This document shows, one piece after another, positions 1 to 10,132 of a stretch of 64,000 bases of DNA. A program made the translations under genes and the position numbers. Each line of letters starts with the position of its first letter. Positions within the stretch are counted from its first letter, which is position 1. Below the pieces are notes generated by a model. It did not search any database, was not told where the DNA came from, and saw only the letters and a program-made list of their open reading frames with translations. The stretch lies in IMG/VR virus record IMGVR_UViG_3300013132_006127, one strand, 5' to 3'. This DNA comes from a virus.

Positions 1-286
1 TTCTAGACAATAAGCCTCTAAGAAATCCAATAATTGATCCTTTAAAGATTTTATCACACTGATGTGTTCTACATTTCCAATTACCTCTATACGTATCCCC
101 AGTATGATATATATTTAAGGCTGAATCATTATCTCCTTCATGAATAGGACATGGCATAGATACAAATTTTGTATTATGTCTATACTCTAGATCAAAATGA
201 TCCAAAAGTTCTTCTATTCTATCACAAAGCTGATCGCAAACAATCTTTAGTTTGTTTTGATCAAGTAAAGCTGATTTCTTCTTCAT
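1..286 (-). CDS. dnaG: DNA primase (DnaG-type), N-terminal zinc-binding domain; runs off the window edge
   Basis: Not in the ORF track. Manual translation from ATG at 286: MKKKSALLDQNKLKIVCDQLCDRIEELLDHFDLEY...SMPCPIHEGDNDSALNIY...NWKCRTHQC..., a CPxH...CxxxxC Zn motif directly downstream of DnaB. Confidence 0.75.
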   Translation of the reverse strand, partial: MKKKSALLDQNKLKIVCDQLCDRIEELLDHFDLEYRHNTKFVSMPCPIHEGDNDSALNIYHTGDTYRGNWKCRTHQCDKIFKGSIIGFLRGLLSR

Positions 287-1739
287 TTGTTGTTGTATCA
301 TCAAATCCACCAATAAATTTCCCAGAGCCGCTGTTTCCACTATTCATGGTTTCAATTTTTGTTTTACCTTCGGTTATTTTAGCACACCAACCTTTCATAT
401 GACAATTGATATAGTCATTGTCATCAAGACCTCCTCCGTGGCGACTAATGATCGGTATCAGTTTTCTATTACCACTAGCTCCACCATCTTCTGCTATCTC
501 TTCATCTGATTTTCTTTTGAAGATAGTAAAATTACTACATAACCAAATAATTCTATCAGAACCGCTAGCAGTATCCGTAGTCTCTTTTGTTATACCATCT
601 CTATTTAACTGTATAAATGCTACTATTGGTACCTGATATTGACAAGCAAAATTGTGTAGCGCCGTCATCATAAAACCTAAAACTTGATATTCTTTTAGAT
701 CTTGTGTCATTCCTTGCGTGTCCATGAGTTTTAAATAATCGTAGAAAATTACACACTTTTTTGCTGTTCCATCGGAATTCATACCGACTTCTTTTATTAG
801 CCATCTTCTCATTAGAGCTAATTGTTCTTCGAAAGATTTTCCCGCTATAGATTTATAGTATAGCGGTGTTTCCTTAAGCTCACCCACACACTGATCAACC
901 TTGGCTTTTAGTGCTGCTGATTCGGTAAACTTACCCGTTTCAATTTTATTGATCTCTATTTCTGTTAACATCGCAATTAGTCTGTTAATATGGTCGTTTC
1001 TAGTCATTTCTGTATCCATATTCAAAACAGGTATTTTAAGCTTATGAGCTATATGGATACCCATGTTGTCCGATAATAGAGTTTTACCAGTTTTTGGTCT
1101 TGCTGCTATAACATTGATCGTACTTTTTCTTAAGCCTCCACCTATAGCGTGATCGTATACAGGAAACCCTGTGGATATACCGATTTGATCTATAGGACTA
1201 TCTTCTAATTCTTTAACATAGTTTTCTAGGTCTCCGAACATATGCACAGGATTATTGTCTGAGTCCTCAAGAGTGGAAGAAAAATTAAAAACAGCGTCTT
1301 CGGCCAAACTCAGAATTTGTGTTATGGATTCGGAACCCTTAACATCTAAAATTTTATCTTGTACATCTTCTAGTTTTTCATGTAGTTTTCTAGCTATATG
1401 AAGCTTTTTAATTTTAGCAGCGAACTTCTTGACATTTTCTATGTTAGCAGGAAAATCTATAATAGCTTTTAAATGTTGTGTTTCTTCCTTCTTGTTCAGA
1501 ATGTGGCCTATTCCGAGTTCTTTCGCTGCCGAATATACGGAAGCGATATCCATTACGGCCGTTGGGTTTTGCTCTTTTTCTAAGAGATACTTGAAACACG
1601 CATAAATATGCGTATTGCTATCTATGGTAAAACTATTACCATCGACTAGATCGGAAACTTCCGAATAAGCCTTATTGCCAAAATGATAAATAGCAGATAG
1701 TAAACCTCTTTCTGCTGACGGATCGCTCAATACAATCAT
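261..1739 (-). CDS. dnaB: Replicative DNA helicase DnaB
   Basis: Walker A AARPKTGKT, MDTEM, YDYLKLM, QLNRD motifs; N-terminal SAERGLL; likely start MIVLSD at 1739. Confidence 0.95.
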   Translation of the reverse strand: MIVLSDPSAERGLLSAIYHFGNKAYSEVSDLVDGNSFTIDSNTHIYACFKYLLEKEQNPTAVMDIASVYSAAKELGIGHILNKKEETQHLKAIIDFPANIENVKKFAAKIKKLHIARKLHEKLEDVQDKILDVKGSESITQILSLAEDAVFNFSSTLEDSDNNPVHMFGDLENYVKELEDSPIDQIGISTGFPVYDHAIGGGLRKSTINVIAARPKTGKTLLSDNMGIHIAHKLKIPVLNMDTEMTRNDHINRLIAMLTEIEINKIETGKFTESAALKAKVDQCVGELKETPLYYKSIAGKSFEEQLALMRRWLIKEVGMNSDGTAKKCVIFYDYLKLMDTQGMTQDLKEYQVLGFMMTALHNFACQYQVPIVAFIQLNRDGITKETTDTASGSDRIIWLCSNFTIFKRKSDEEIAEDGGASGNRKLIPIISRHGGGLDDNDYINCHMKGWCAKITEGKTKIETMNSGNSGSGKFIGGFDDTTTNEEEISFT

Positions 1740-2146
1740 TAGCCTGCCGCTCCTGAACACTTGTTACACTTATATCTGTCCATTTCTGTTGTCATATAAC
1801 CTGGACTAACATTTTCTGTTCTACCACAAACCCTGCATGTGGCTTTTATTGGTCTAAACTTTCTGCTTCTAGGAGTTGGTGGTAGTTTTTGAAGCTTTCT
1901 ATCTATCTCGATATCTTCTTTATGAAGATTTATTTCTGGCATATCCAAAAATTTATTTTCTCTATGATTAGACTGTTTGTTTATTTTAGTTCTAGTTGTT
2001 GAACTGGTTCTTTTGTTTCTTGTCTTTCTAGCTACAGGCTCCGGTGTTTGATTCGTTGGTTGCTGCTGACTATCAACCAGTGTTTGCAGAAGAGTTATGA
2101 GACTTTTTATCTGCTCTGGATTTTTTACTAAATCATTAAGATCCAT
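1739..2146 (-). CDS. Hypothetical protein with C-terminal Zn ribbon
   Basis: CRVC...CNKC; coupled to neighbouring genes. Confidence 0.7.
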   Translation of the reverse strand: MDLNDLVKNPEQIKSLITLLQTLVDSQQQPTNQTPEPVARKTRNKRTSSTTRTKINKQSNHRENKFLDMPEINLHKEDIEIDRKLQKLPPTPRSRKFRPIKATCRVCGRTENVSPGYMTTEMDRYKCNKCSGAAG

Positions 2147-2627
2147 GTTTCACCTTAACCTTTTGAACTGCTAGAAATACATCGGATAAATTTTTGATAT
2201 TATTAGCCAAATATGATAGTCTATCCATACGTTGTTTAGCGTATTTTCTAATCTTATTTAGAGAGGTAGCCTTTTCATTATGTTTTATGGCCTGTAAAGA
2301 TTTTTCTATATATCCATACCCCTTATAATTATTTATCTCATCAGCTATCACCTCTTTAATAGTTTCATCAGCCCAATTATATCGGGCAATCTCCCTATTT
2401 AAAGTTCTTTGTATAAAAAAAGAATATTGAACCAGTCTCGCTGCTATTTCCGCACAACTTTCGGGGGTTTGTTTTTCTATAACATCCCTAGTCATAGAAA
2501 AGTATCCGTTTAATTCATCTTCTGTAAAACTATGAGATGTACTATAATTAGATAGAGATAAGGACTTTTCATATTCGTCTAAAACCTTATCCCATTCGTT
2601 TACTTGATCTTTAGTTGATTGTGTCAT
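2136..2627 (-). CDS. Hypothetical helical/coiled-coil protein (position suggests a UvsY-like mediator)
   Basis: Helical composition, lies between RecA/nuclease and DnaB; function inferred from position only. Confidence 0.5.
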   Translation of the reverse strand: MTQSTKDQVNEWDKVLDEYEKSLSLSNYSTSHSFTEDELNGYFSMTRDVIEKQTPESCAEIAARLVQYSFFIQRTLNREIARYNWADETIKEVIADEINNYKGYGYIEKSLQAIKHNEKATSLNKIRKYAKQRMDRLSYLANNIKNLSDVFLAVQKVKVKHGS

Positions 2628-3028
2628 TTATTTATCCTTTGTTTCCAATCTTCGTCTGTTTCATTATATGGTAATGCTATATATTTGATACCATTAATCT
2701 CACACCAAGCTTGCTTATCCTTGTCTCTTTTTTGAGATTTCAAAAACGCTAATCTATTATTATGATAGTGCGGAGTAAAATTATAGTGTTGCTCTCCATG
2801 CGTTTCTATACAGGCTCGAATTAATGGAAGATAGAAATCCAAATACAAAGTCTCAGATTTTCTGGTCTGTATAGATACTTCTTCTAAAATTTGCATCGTA
2901 GGATATAGATCTTTTAAAATTAGCCTACATCTTAGATGCAACGAGGACTTTCCATCGATTCTACCCTTTACAATGTTTCCTGTCAAGTGCCAAGTGGTAA
3001 GATTACCATCCAAATCCCTAACTTGCAT
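2624..3028 (-). CDS. PD-(D/E)XK / Vsr-DUF559-like endonuclease
   Basis: LYLDFYLP...IETHGEQHY...RDKDKQAWCEINGIKYIALPY pattern. Confidence 0.75.
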   Translation of the reverse strand: MQVRDLDGNLTTWHLTGNIVKGRIDGKSSLHLRCRLILKDLYPTMQILEEVSIQTRKSETLYLDFYLPLIRACIETHGEQHYNFTPHYHNNRLAFLKSQKRDKDKQAWCEINGIKYIALPYNETDEDWKQRINK

Positions 3029-4045
3029 TTATTTTAATCCCATCATTTTTTTAACTTCAATATATAATTGATCATATACTTTAGGGTTTTCTAACAAAAA
3101 AGCTCTAATTTTTTCAGTGCCTTGGAATTTTGTTTTTTCATCATTTAAAAAGGCTAGGTTATACCAAGCCCCAGCTTTATTAATTAAACCAGTATCTATA
3201 CCCAAAGACATTAGTTCCATATGTTTATCTATACCTTGTCCGTATCTAATATAACTGGTAATGTTACCGCCCGGAGGACCAAGAGCAGAGCATAGGGTTT
3301 GCCACTCGACTTCTTGACCAACCTGAGTATTATCGGAACTTAGCACCCAAGGCTTGAAACTCTTTGCTCTTAATTTTATATCTGTTTGATAGGCTATTGC
3401 TTGTCCAGACTTCTCTTTAAATTCCGCACCATAACCTGTTGGATTGCCCATTAAATGAGTAATACCTATTACTATGTTTTTATTTACTGGTATTACATTA
3501 GCTACCTTGCGGCAAAATTTAGCCAATAGCTTGGCACCATCTGCTCTTTGCATTTTATCCATATCGCTAGTGATTTCAGCTTCTGTACATAGAGCAGAAT
3601 AAGAGTCTATGATTAGAACAGCTCCGGGTTCTTCATTAATAATTCTCTCAGCAATTTGTAGATACTCCTCCGCATGTAAAATTTTCCCGGTTTGTGAACC
3701 TATTACATGAAACTTATCTAGGTTAATATTAGGTATACCTTGTAGATCTCTCTTTTTCAATCTACCCTCAATATTTAGGTAATACACATTTCTTCCAGCG
3801 GAGTATGTGCCCGACCCGTATTCTTCTCTTTGTGCGGTTGCTGCGAAATCTAATGAGGTTGTTGTTTTACCGCATTTGGGTTGACCTGTTAATACGACAA
3901 AACTCCCTTCTGGGATTCCACCATTAAGGATAATATCTAAGGCTGGACTTACAGGGATAGTCAAACACTGTTTGTCCACTATGGCGCTTCCGTCTAAAAT
4001 AATATTGGCGCCGAAGTCTTTAGTAACACTTTCTTTAAGTCCCAT
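3029..4045 (-). CDS. recA: RecA/UvsX-like recombinase
   Basis: ALDIILNGGIPEG, GQPKCGKTT, IIDSYSAL, C-terminal KAGAWY. Confidence 0.92.
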   Translation of the reverse strand: MGLKESVTKDFGANIILDGSAIVDKQCLTIPVSPALDIILNGGIPEGSFVVLTGQPKCGKTTTSLDFAATAQREEYGSGTYSAGRNVYYLNIEGRLKKRDLQGIPNINLDKFHVIGSQTGKILHAEEYLQIAERIINEEPGAVLIIDSYSALCTEAEITSDMDKMQRADGAKLLAKFCRKVANVIPVNKNIVIGITHLMGNPTGYGAEFKEKSGQAIAYQTDIKLRAKSFKPWVLSSDNTQVGQEVEWQTLCSALGPPGGNITSYIRYGQGIDKHMELMSLGIDTGLINKAGAWYNLAFLNDEKTKFQGTEKIRAFLLENPKVYDQLYIEVKKMMGLK

Positions 4046-4463
4046 TATCGATATCCTTTAGCTTATCTAGTATATTTGATTTGTAAGTTTGATTTTTACC
4101 AATATTATTTGTATGTCTAATGATATTGACTTCTTTAATCTCTTTCTCTTTTTCTGTTTCCCATAGCTTCTGTTGCTCCTTTATTGTATTGATGAGACTT
4201 GGGGCTCGCAAAGAGTAAATTTTAGAAGATTTGGGACTACTTAATGCTCGTATAACAGCTGTTTCAGCATATTTTTTCAATAGAGCATTTGCGGTAGCTA
4301 TCTGATTTCTATAAAAAGCTGCCCACTGTTTATTTGTCCAAAATCTAAAATGCAAATCTTTTTTTTCTAACTTTGCTTTTTTTTCACATATAATTTCTGT
4401 AATATACTGTGCTGCTGAAACAGATTTACCATTAGAATACTTCGATGGATATCTTTTAGTCAT
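4035..4463 (-). CDS. Hypothetical basic phage protein
   Basis: 142 aa ORF in a tightly packed operon. Confidence 0.7.
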   Translation of the reverse strand: MTKRYPSKYSNGKSVSAAQYITEIICEKKAKLEKKDLHFRFWTNKQWAAFYRNQIATANALLKKYAETAVIRALSSPKSSKIYSLRAPSLINTIKEQQKLWETEKEKEIKEVNIIRHTNNIGKNQTYKSNILDKLKDIDNGT

Positions 4464-4819
4464 TTGTTAGAGTTGGGCCTATAGATAGAGTTCTTAAAAG
4501 ATTTACTAATAGGAGCACTATTGGTTTGTCTATTTGCATCCGATACTTCTGATGCTTCTTTAGTCATAATAGACACAGAGCTAATTTTTTTATTGGATGT
4601 TTTTGTGATCATCAGATCCGAAACAGAAGTTTTTTTATTAGCTTTTTCTGTTGCGTTTTTTATATTGGTTTTTTTATCGGTAGATACATGATTTTTTTCT
4701 AATGTAGATTGTACCTGTTTTTCTAGAAGCTTTAATTCTTCGCAAATTTCTTGCAAATTTTTACCTTGACTATTCAACCATCTTATAGCGTATATTTCTG
4801 TTTTTGTTAAACGAGGCAT
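4460..4819 (-). CDS. Hypothetical protein with N-terminal HTH
   Basis: LNSQGKNLQEICEELKLLEKQVQSTL resembles an HTH. Confidence 0.6.
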   Translation of the reverse strand: MPRLTKTEIYAIRWLNSQGKNLQEICEELKLLEKQVQSTLEKNHVSTDKKTNIKNATEKANKKTSVSDLMITKTSNKKISSVSIMTKEASEVSDANRQTNSAPISKSFKNSIYRPNSNK

Positions 4820-5217
4820 TATATCATCTCTCTTTCTGTATTATGTAACCATGATGCATTTTTTGTTCTTAGAAAACTTAGATACATATTAAAAACTCTA
4901 TGGTTGACTTCATAAAATTGTGCAATGTCTTTACCTATTGTCTTTAATAGAGTTGCAGTTTTAACATTTAAATATTGGTCAACCGGATTATACGGTTTAC
5001 CATTTCCGGTCACCTTGATATAATAATGGATTGAACCGTCGGTTCTATTAAGAGCTTTAGCTTGAGTATTTATATCTTCTTGATTTTGTCTAGGATTATT
5101 TTCATAATCTATAAAATCTTCATGACCTTTCAGGGTATAAAACTTAGATGATGGATTATGAGAGTTTTTTCTCTTGTCTGGCGCGAATATAAAATCATCA
5201 CTCTTTGTTGTCATCAT
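4819..5217 (-). CDS. Hypothetical protein
   Basis: Likely start MMTTKSDDF at 5217; the longer ORF-track start overlaps the upstream gene. Confidence 0.65.
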   Translation of the reverse strand: MMTTKSDDFIFAPDKRKNSHNPSSKFYTLKGHEDFIDYENNPRQNQEDINTQAKALNRTDGSIHYYIKVTGNGKPYNPVDQYLNVKTATLLKTIGKDIAQFYEVNHRVFNMYLSFLRTKNASWLHNTEREMI

Positions 5218-5593
5218 TAATAATCTCTTGAGCTTGTTTTTCCATTTTTTCATGAAACTTATTGAAGAATCCTTCAATATATCTTTCAACTTGTTTTTTA
5301 TTTTCCAGTGGGACATGGTAGTTCTTTACTATTACTTTTTCAGAATTCTCAACTTCTCCTTTTTGGTTCTTGTTTAAGACATTGCAAGTTACAGTGAACA
5401 CCATCTCTACAGGACTATCCAGTAAAGGCTCGTCTTGACTAAATAAACCACTATATTGATTTTCAGAGGTGTCATGCGCCTCCTGTTCCAGCTTTTCTGG
5501 ATTTATTTCGGTAGCCATAACCTTATTAAACATCTGCATTAAGGTTGCCATTTCTTCTTCTGATAGATTCTTAAAAAATTCTGGAGAATTCAT
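5198..5593 (-). CDS. Hypothetical protein
   Basis: 131 aa ORF in operon. Confidence 0.65.
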   Translation of the reverse strand: MNSPEFFKNLSEEEMATLMQMFNKVMATEINPEKLEQEAHDTSENQYSGLFSQDEPLLDSPVEMVFTVTCNVLNKNQKGEVENSEKVIVKNYHVPLENKKQVERYIEGFFNKFHEKMEKQAQEIINDDNKE

Positions 5594-5594
5594 A

Positions 5595-5942
5595 TTATAT
5601 CCATTTTGTTTTTGGTTGCTTTTTTATCCTTGACATTCCTTTTGGTAAAGGCTTATCCGGTTTATTGTCTTTGTAGTCGTTATGTTTCCTATAAAGAGAT
5701 ACTTTTTCATCTTCACTGAGCTTATCTCTATTTCTATTGGCCAAGTCCCCAAGAGTTTTAAGCTCCGAATCAGATTTTTTTACTGAAGCGTTTTGTGTTA
5801 AGATATCATCAACATAATTTCTTTGTGTATTATTATTACAGCAGCATTCTGGACAATTTGGCTTATCTATATAATCCTTGATATAGAAAAATAACTCAAA
5901 TTTAATTTGACATTTTTCACAAAAATAAGAATAAGTTGGCAT
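5595..5942 (-). CDS. FmdB-family zinc-ribbon protein
   Basis: MPTYSYFCEKC...FE...CPEC signature; start at 5942. Confidence 0.85.
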   Translation of the reverse strand: MPTYSYFCEKCQIKFELFFYIKDYIDKPNCPECCCNNNTQRNYVDDILTQNASVKKSDSELKTLGDLANRNRDKLSEDEKVSLYRKHNDYKDNKPDKPLPKGMSRIKKQPKTKWI

Positions 5943-6523
5943 TATAAATAAGACTCTGGTAGATAACACTTCCACTCGTCTGGAATCTCTTTTCTTATTC
6001 TAAGCAGCCAGTAGGTTATAGGCAAGTATTTATGACTCTTTTTGGGAGCCACTGGTAAATTTTGTAATGGCATATTGGCTTGTTTAGGTGTTCTATTGCC
6101 TTTCTTTCTATTGCAGTCAACGCAGGCTGTAACTATATTAGTCCAACAGGTTGGTGACCCTATCTTGTTTTTCCACACAGACTTTGGAATAACATGATCA
6201 TATGTTAACTTGTTTATTTCTTTTCTAGAATTACAATACTGGCAAGTATAATTATCTCTGATAAATAGATTTTTTCTAGAAAAATTAACATTTTGATTGT
6301 ATATCCTAAAATATTTACAGGTTTTTACAACGGCCGGTATAGGTATTTTCCGATCATTAACACCAACTATCCAGTCATTCTTGTAAAAGTCTATAATATC
6401 TACGCCACAATTACTATGTAATTCATGTCTCATCGACCATACTAGTGCTCTCTTCCAGCTTATCACTCCTAGTGGCGTATAATCTGAGTTTAAAACTAAG
6501 CATTTACTGTTTTCGGTTCTCAT
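5942..6523 (-). CDS. HNH endonuclease (McrA-like)
   Basis: CLVLNSDYTPL, RDNYTCQYC, TYDHVIP, NIVTACVDCNRKKG. Confidence 0.9.
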   Translation of the reverse strand: MRTENSKCLVLNSDYTPLGVISWKRALVWSMRHELHSNCGVDIIDFYKNDWIVGVNDRKIPIPAVVKTCKYFRIYNQNVNFSRKNLFIRDNYTCQYCNSRKEINKLTYDHVIPKSVWKNKIGSPTCWTNIVTACVDCNRKKGNRTPKQANMPLQNLPVAPKKSHKYLPITYWLLRIRKEIPDEWKCYLPESYL

Positions 6524-7232
6524 TTTCGTAAGATTCTAAACGTCCTAAAATTTTACCTATAATCGGATTCCTTACAATATCAGAAAAGTCCAACATAGAA
6601 ACACCGATACCATCCACACCTTTTAAAGCCTGGATCATATTTATGAATCCACCTCTCATATGTCTAATTAAATCTGACTGACTTACATCTCCAGTTAAAA
6701 CCATCTTACTATTATTGCCAAGACGAGTTAATAACATTTTTAATTGATCATATGAAGCGTTCTGACATTCATCAGCAACAATAAATGTATCATGAAAATT
6801 TCTACCTCTCATTAAACCAAGAGGAACTATCTCTATCTTGCCATTGGTCTTTAAAGAAGCAAACTCTCCATTAGATATAAAATGTCTTACTTCGTCCAAT
6901 AAAGGAAGAAGATACGGGTGTAGTTTTTCTTCTGCCGTACCGGGTAAATAACCTATTTTTTCTCCTGATTCAACAATTGGTCTTGTAATTACTATTCTTT
7001 TGATTTTTTCATCCAATAAATAATCCAAAGCCATACCTATAGCAATATGTGTCTTACCACTACCGGCAACACCTTGACAAAAAGTAATACTATTTTCAGC
7101 AATAGTTCTTATGTATTCATTTTGATTAGATGTTCTAGGTTTAACTCTATTTCTATATATAACAGGGGTCTGTATATTGTTTGTTAAATCTATAACTTTT
7201 TTCTTTTTTGAGTTTTTATTATTTTTTCTCAA
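6504..7232 (-). CDS. phoH: PhoH-family ATPase
   Basis: GVAGSGKT, IGYLPG, MRGRNF, DECQN, LTRLG, GDVSQSD. Confidence 0.95.
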   Translation of the reverse strand: MRKNNKNSKKKKVIDLTNNIQTPVIYRNRVKPRTSNQNEYIRTIAENSITFCQGVAGSGKTHIAIGMALDYLLDEKIKRIVITRPIVESGEKIGYLPGTAEEKLHPYLLPLLDEVRHFISNGEFASLKTNGKIEIVPLGLMRGRNFHDTFIVADECQNASYDQLKMLLTRLGNNSKMVLTGDVSQSDLIRHMRGGFINMIQALKGVDGIGVSMLDFSDIVRNPIIGKILGRLESYENENRKQ

Positions 7233-7255
7233 GTTTTACCCTTTATGAATAGTGG

Positions 7256-9448
7256 TTAAATTAGACATGCACCGCCAGCGCAACTAATTTCCTCTATTCC
7301 TACGGTATTATCCTCTGTCTCTGCAAGTTGCGTGTAATCAACCTTCTTAAAACTATTATACAAATCGCAGTATATCTTCCAATTATAGACATCTTTCATA
7401 CAATAAGTAAGTCTTCTGAGATCACTATCAAAATACTTACCAGCAAAATTTTTCATTTTGGTAACAAATAACAGTTTTTCTTGAGTATCTACTTCTTTTG
7501 CTTGGTTTAATGCTACGTAATCACATGCGGCCCATAGGTTATTATTGAAAGCATTTAATCCCAACTCTATAAGACCAGAACACCACAATGCAGCATCGCC
7601 GTACTCTTTAACTATTTCACGACTAGTATATACTGTAGTAAATGGAGCTTGCGGATAGTCTTTATCACCACTTTGAGGTATAAGACTTATACCGGCAAAA
7701 TATTTTCTATTATCGTAGATGTATTTTGTAACCTCATCCCATTCGTCTGGTTTTACTGTTACTGTATTGCTAACATTATGACTAAGATAATCTTGAGTGC
7801 ATAATGCCCTATTTTTACCAGAATTGACCCAATTTTTTTGAGTATCTTTTACAACGGACAGCATCTCGACTGCTGGTAATTGATTCTTTAATTTTGCACC
7901 GTCTGGTACTTCGACTGGGAATTTGATTACCTCATCGGTATTGTTAGCTGACCACGATGATTTCTCGCAGGCTTGCGGGTTTACTTTTTTAAAGTGTTGG
8001 TATGGAGCTTCTAAAACATTGGCTTGTACATGCCTGATATAGCGTTTAGCGTGGTGTGGATGGATACCAGAGCTAGTTCCTAACATACTAGATGAGGTTC
8101 CTTCTGGTTTTAGACAAGTAACTCGTGCCGCTTGATTAATATTGATCTTTTTGCACAGAGCTTTGTTAGTGTCTACGGCTATTTTTGCTCCTTTGGTCAA
8201 TACTTTTTCTGTTAGTACAAGATCGTGTTTTTCCATTGTTCCAGTAAGAGATACTCCCAATAAAGCTTCTCTCTCAAAGATTTTTTGGCTAATATTACCT
8301 AGATATTCTAGATTAGTAAATCCTGCTTGTAAAGTTCCTATAATTGCTGCTGCTTTGCATCTTTCAAAGAAATCTTCTTCGTCTGTAACACTGGAGCAAT
8401 TAATTGTTGATAGATTACATCCTTGCCATCCGCTTTTACCAGTTTCTTCGTCAACAGGCCACATACCTATCTCTACACAAGGATTAAAAATCATTTCTGT
8501 TGATTCGCTCCAAATAAACCCAGGTTCTCCAAATTCCTTAACAGATTGCATTAAAGTTTCGAATTCTTCAAATGTTGTTTCATTTTTTAGTAGAAGAGCT
8601 GAGTTATTACTTCTGGCTCTTTGTGGATTATCTATAAACCAATTTCCAGTTTTAGCTTTAGTCATTTCTTCATCATCATGACTAAATAATGCGAGACTAG
8701 CTGATCTACGAACACCACCACTTAACACAGCATCGCTACTATGCATAACAATATCATAAGCATCTATTGGTCTTAGTTTCTTTTGACCGTTAGCTATACA
8801 TCTATCTAATAGAACTCTAATTTTCTCAAGACCATTTTGCAGAGGCTCGAAACCTGGGGCTTTGCCAACTCCGGAGCTTAAAGTTGAACCTTTTGGTCTT
8901 ATATTACTATAATCGAATACAACATATGTATTCTTATACATTTTAAATTCTTCAATAGGCTTACTAAAATAGCTGCTTAACAATACTCCTAAAGCATCGG
9001 CCCAGCCTTCTATGTTATCTTCTATGACATATTTAGTTCCTTGATCATCTATAACGTTATGTTCAAGTGTAGGTAGTTTTGACACATGATGTTTTTGAAC
9101 GCTAAATCCTGTACCACTACCGCAAAGAAGTAACCAAAAACATTCTTGGAAAAATCTGAGTCTATCACAATAAGAGCTTGTACAGTTATATATTTTTGCA
9201 TGTCTCTTAAGAATTGGTTCTCCTCCAAACTGTAAAGCCCTTTGGGATCCTAATACTTTCTTTTTATACATCATATCGTATGCCCAATCAATATATTCCG
9301 ATATATCGCATGAAGCATACTTCGTATGCATCATTTCTTTAACTCTTTCAACGGCTTCTTTCCATGTCTCTCTTCTGTTTTTTGTTTCTAACCAACGAGC
9401 GTATTTGCTGACAAATGTATAATTCTGTAGTTCTTGAAGAGCAGACAT
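7256..9448 (-). CDS. nrdJ: Class II (adenosylcobalamin-dependent) ribonucleotide reductase, monomeric RTPR type
   Basis: YNCT, GGVRRSA, NPCVEI (thiyl Cys), CNLSTIN, KPEGTSS, C-terminal CAGGAC redox pair. Confidence 0.93.
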   Translation of the reverse strand: MSALQELQNYTFVSKYARWLETKNRRETWKEAVERVKEMMHTKYASCDISEYIDWAYDMMYKKKVLGSQRALQFGGEPILKRHAKIYNCTSSYCDRLRFFQECFWLLLCGSGTGFSVQKHHVSKLPTLEHNVIDDQGTKYVIEDNIEGWADALGVLLSSYFSKPIEEFKMYKNTYVVFDYSNIRPKGSTLSSGVGKAPGFEPLQNGLEKIRVLLDRCIANGQKKLRPIDAYDIVMHSSDAVLSGGVRRSASLALFSHDDEEMTKAKTGNWFIDNPQRARSNNSALLLKNETTFEEFETLMQSVKEFGEPGFIWSESTEMIFNPCVEIGMWPVDEETGKSGWQGCNLSTINCSSVTDEEDFFERCKAAAIIGTLQAGFTNLEYLGNISQKIFEREALLGVSLTGTMEKHDLVLTEKVLTKGAKIAVDTNKALCKKININQAARVTCLKPEGTSSSMLGTSSGIHPHHAKRYIRHVQANVLEAPYQHFKKVNPQACEKSSWSANNTDEVIKFPVEVPDGAKLKNQLPAVEMLSVVKDTQKNWVNSGKNRALCTQDYLSHNVSNTVTVKPDEWDEVTKYIYDNRKYFAGISLIPQSGDKDYPQAPFTTVYTSREIVKEYGDAALWCSGLIELGLNAFNNNLWAACDYVALNQAKEVDTQEKLLFVTKMKNFAGKYFDSDLRRLTYCMKDVYNWKIYCDLYNSFKKVDYTQLAETEDNTVGIEEISCAGGACLI

Positions 9449-9449
9449 T

Positions 9450-9584
9450 TTATCTCCTATAAAGAATGTTTAGTAATTCAAGCAACACAGTAGTTTGAAA
9501 AGAGATATCGATCATATCTATGTTGCCACTTAATCTATTTAATAAATATATCAAAAGACTGATATAGAACGCTAGTAACATCAT
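9450..9584 (-). CDS. Small hydrophobic protein (44 aa)
   Basis: Manual translation MMLLAFYISLLIYLLNRLSGNIDMIDISFQTTVLLELLNILYRR fills the gap between the dCMP deaminase gene and nrdJ. Confidence 0.5.
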   Translation of the reverse strand: MMLLAFYISLLIYLLNRLSGNIDMIDISFQTTVLLELLNILYRR

Positions 9585-10051
9585 AATACACCACGCAAAT
9601 CTCTCAACCAAGAAAGATCTGGTGTTATTTTATGAATTTGCATCCCGCTCATTTCGATAAATAAATCAAATCTTGTTTTTGCATCCTGATCAAACAATTT
9701 TGTGCCATGATCATCGATCATATAAACGGTCTTGATACCTTCTTGCCATAGAGCCATAATACAATCATTACAACATTGACCAGTAACATATGCTATACCG
9801 TTGTCCGGTCTAATTACGCAATTCGACAATGCGTTACGCTCAGAGTGTACCATCCAATGATATTTGTCTGGTCTACTGGTTGGCAAATTAGAATCGTCCA
9901 GACCTTTTGGAAAACCGTTGTAACCAACACCTAGAATCCTGTTATTTTGATCTGTAATAACACACCCATGTTGAGTATGAATATCGTGACTCCTTTGAGC
10001 TACGATTTTTGCTAATCCTAAAAAGTAATCAGTCCATGATGGTCTATTCAT
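9581..10051 (-). CDS. dCMP deaminase (ComEB-like)
   Basis: MNRPSWTDYF, GYNGFP, HSERNA, CCNDC Zn motif; true start probably ATG at 10051. Confidence 0.92.
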   Translation of the reverse strand: MNRPSWTDYFLGLAKIVAQRSHDIHTQHGCVITDQNNRILGVGYNGFPKGLDDSNLPTSRPDKYHWMVHSERNALSNCVIRPDNGIAYVTGQCCNDCIMALWQEGIKTVYMIDDHGTKLFDQDAKTRFDLFIEMSGMQIHKITPDLSWLRDLRGVL

Positions 10052-10057
10052 ACTATC

Positions 10058-10086
10058 ATTGTATCTGCTGATCTTGAGCTTGTCAA
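10058..10086 (-). promoter_or_regulatory. Sigma70-type promoter TTGACA-N17-TACAAT, apparently giving a leaderless dCMP deaminase mRNA
   Basis: -35 at 10086-10081, -10 at 10063-10058, ATG 6 nt further on. Confidence 0.75.
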
Positions 10087-10132
10087 TATTGTTTTTTATA
10101 GAGTTGTGTTCGCACAACGTTTGACATATATA

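Noticed and set aside
261-9448. Inteins or introns in DnaB, RecA and NrdJ
   Set aside because: Lengths are ordinary and no intein splice-junction or LAGLIDADG motifs are visible
9449-9590. Possible cobalamin riboswitch or GGTGTA promoter upstream of nrdJ
   Set aside because: No B12-box seen; the gap is filled by a 44-codon ORF, and the GGTG at 9589-9592 sits at Shine-Dalgarno distance from its ATG
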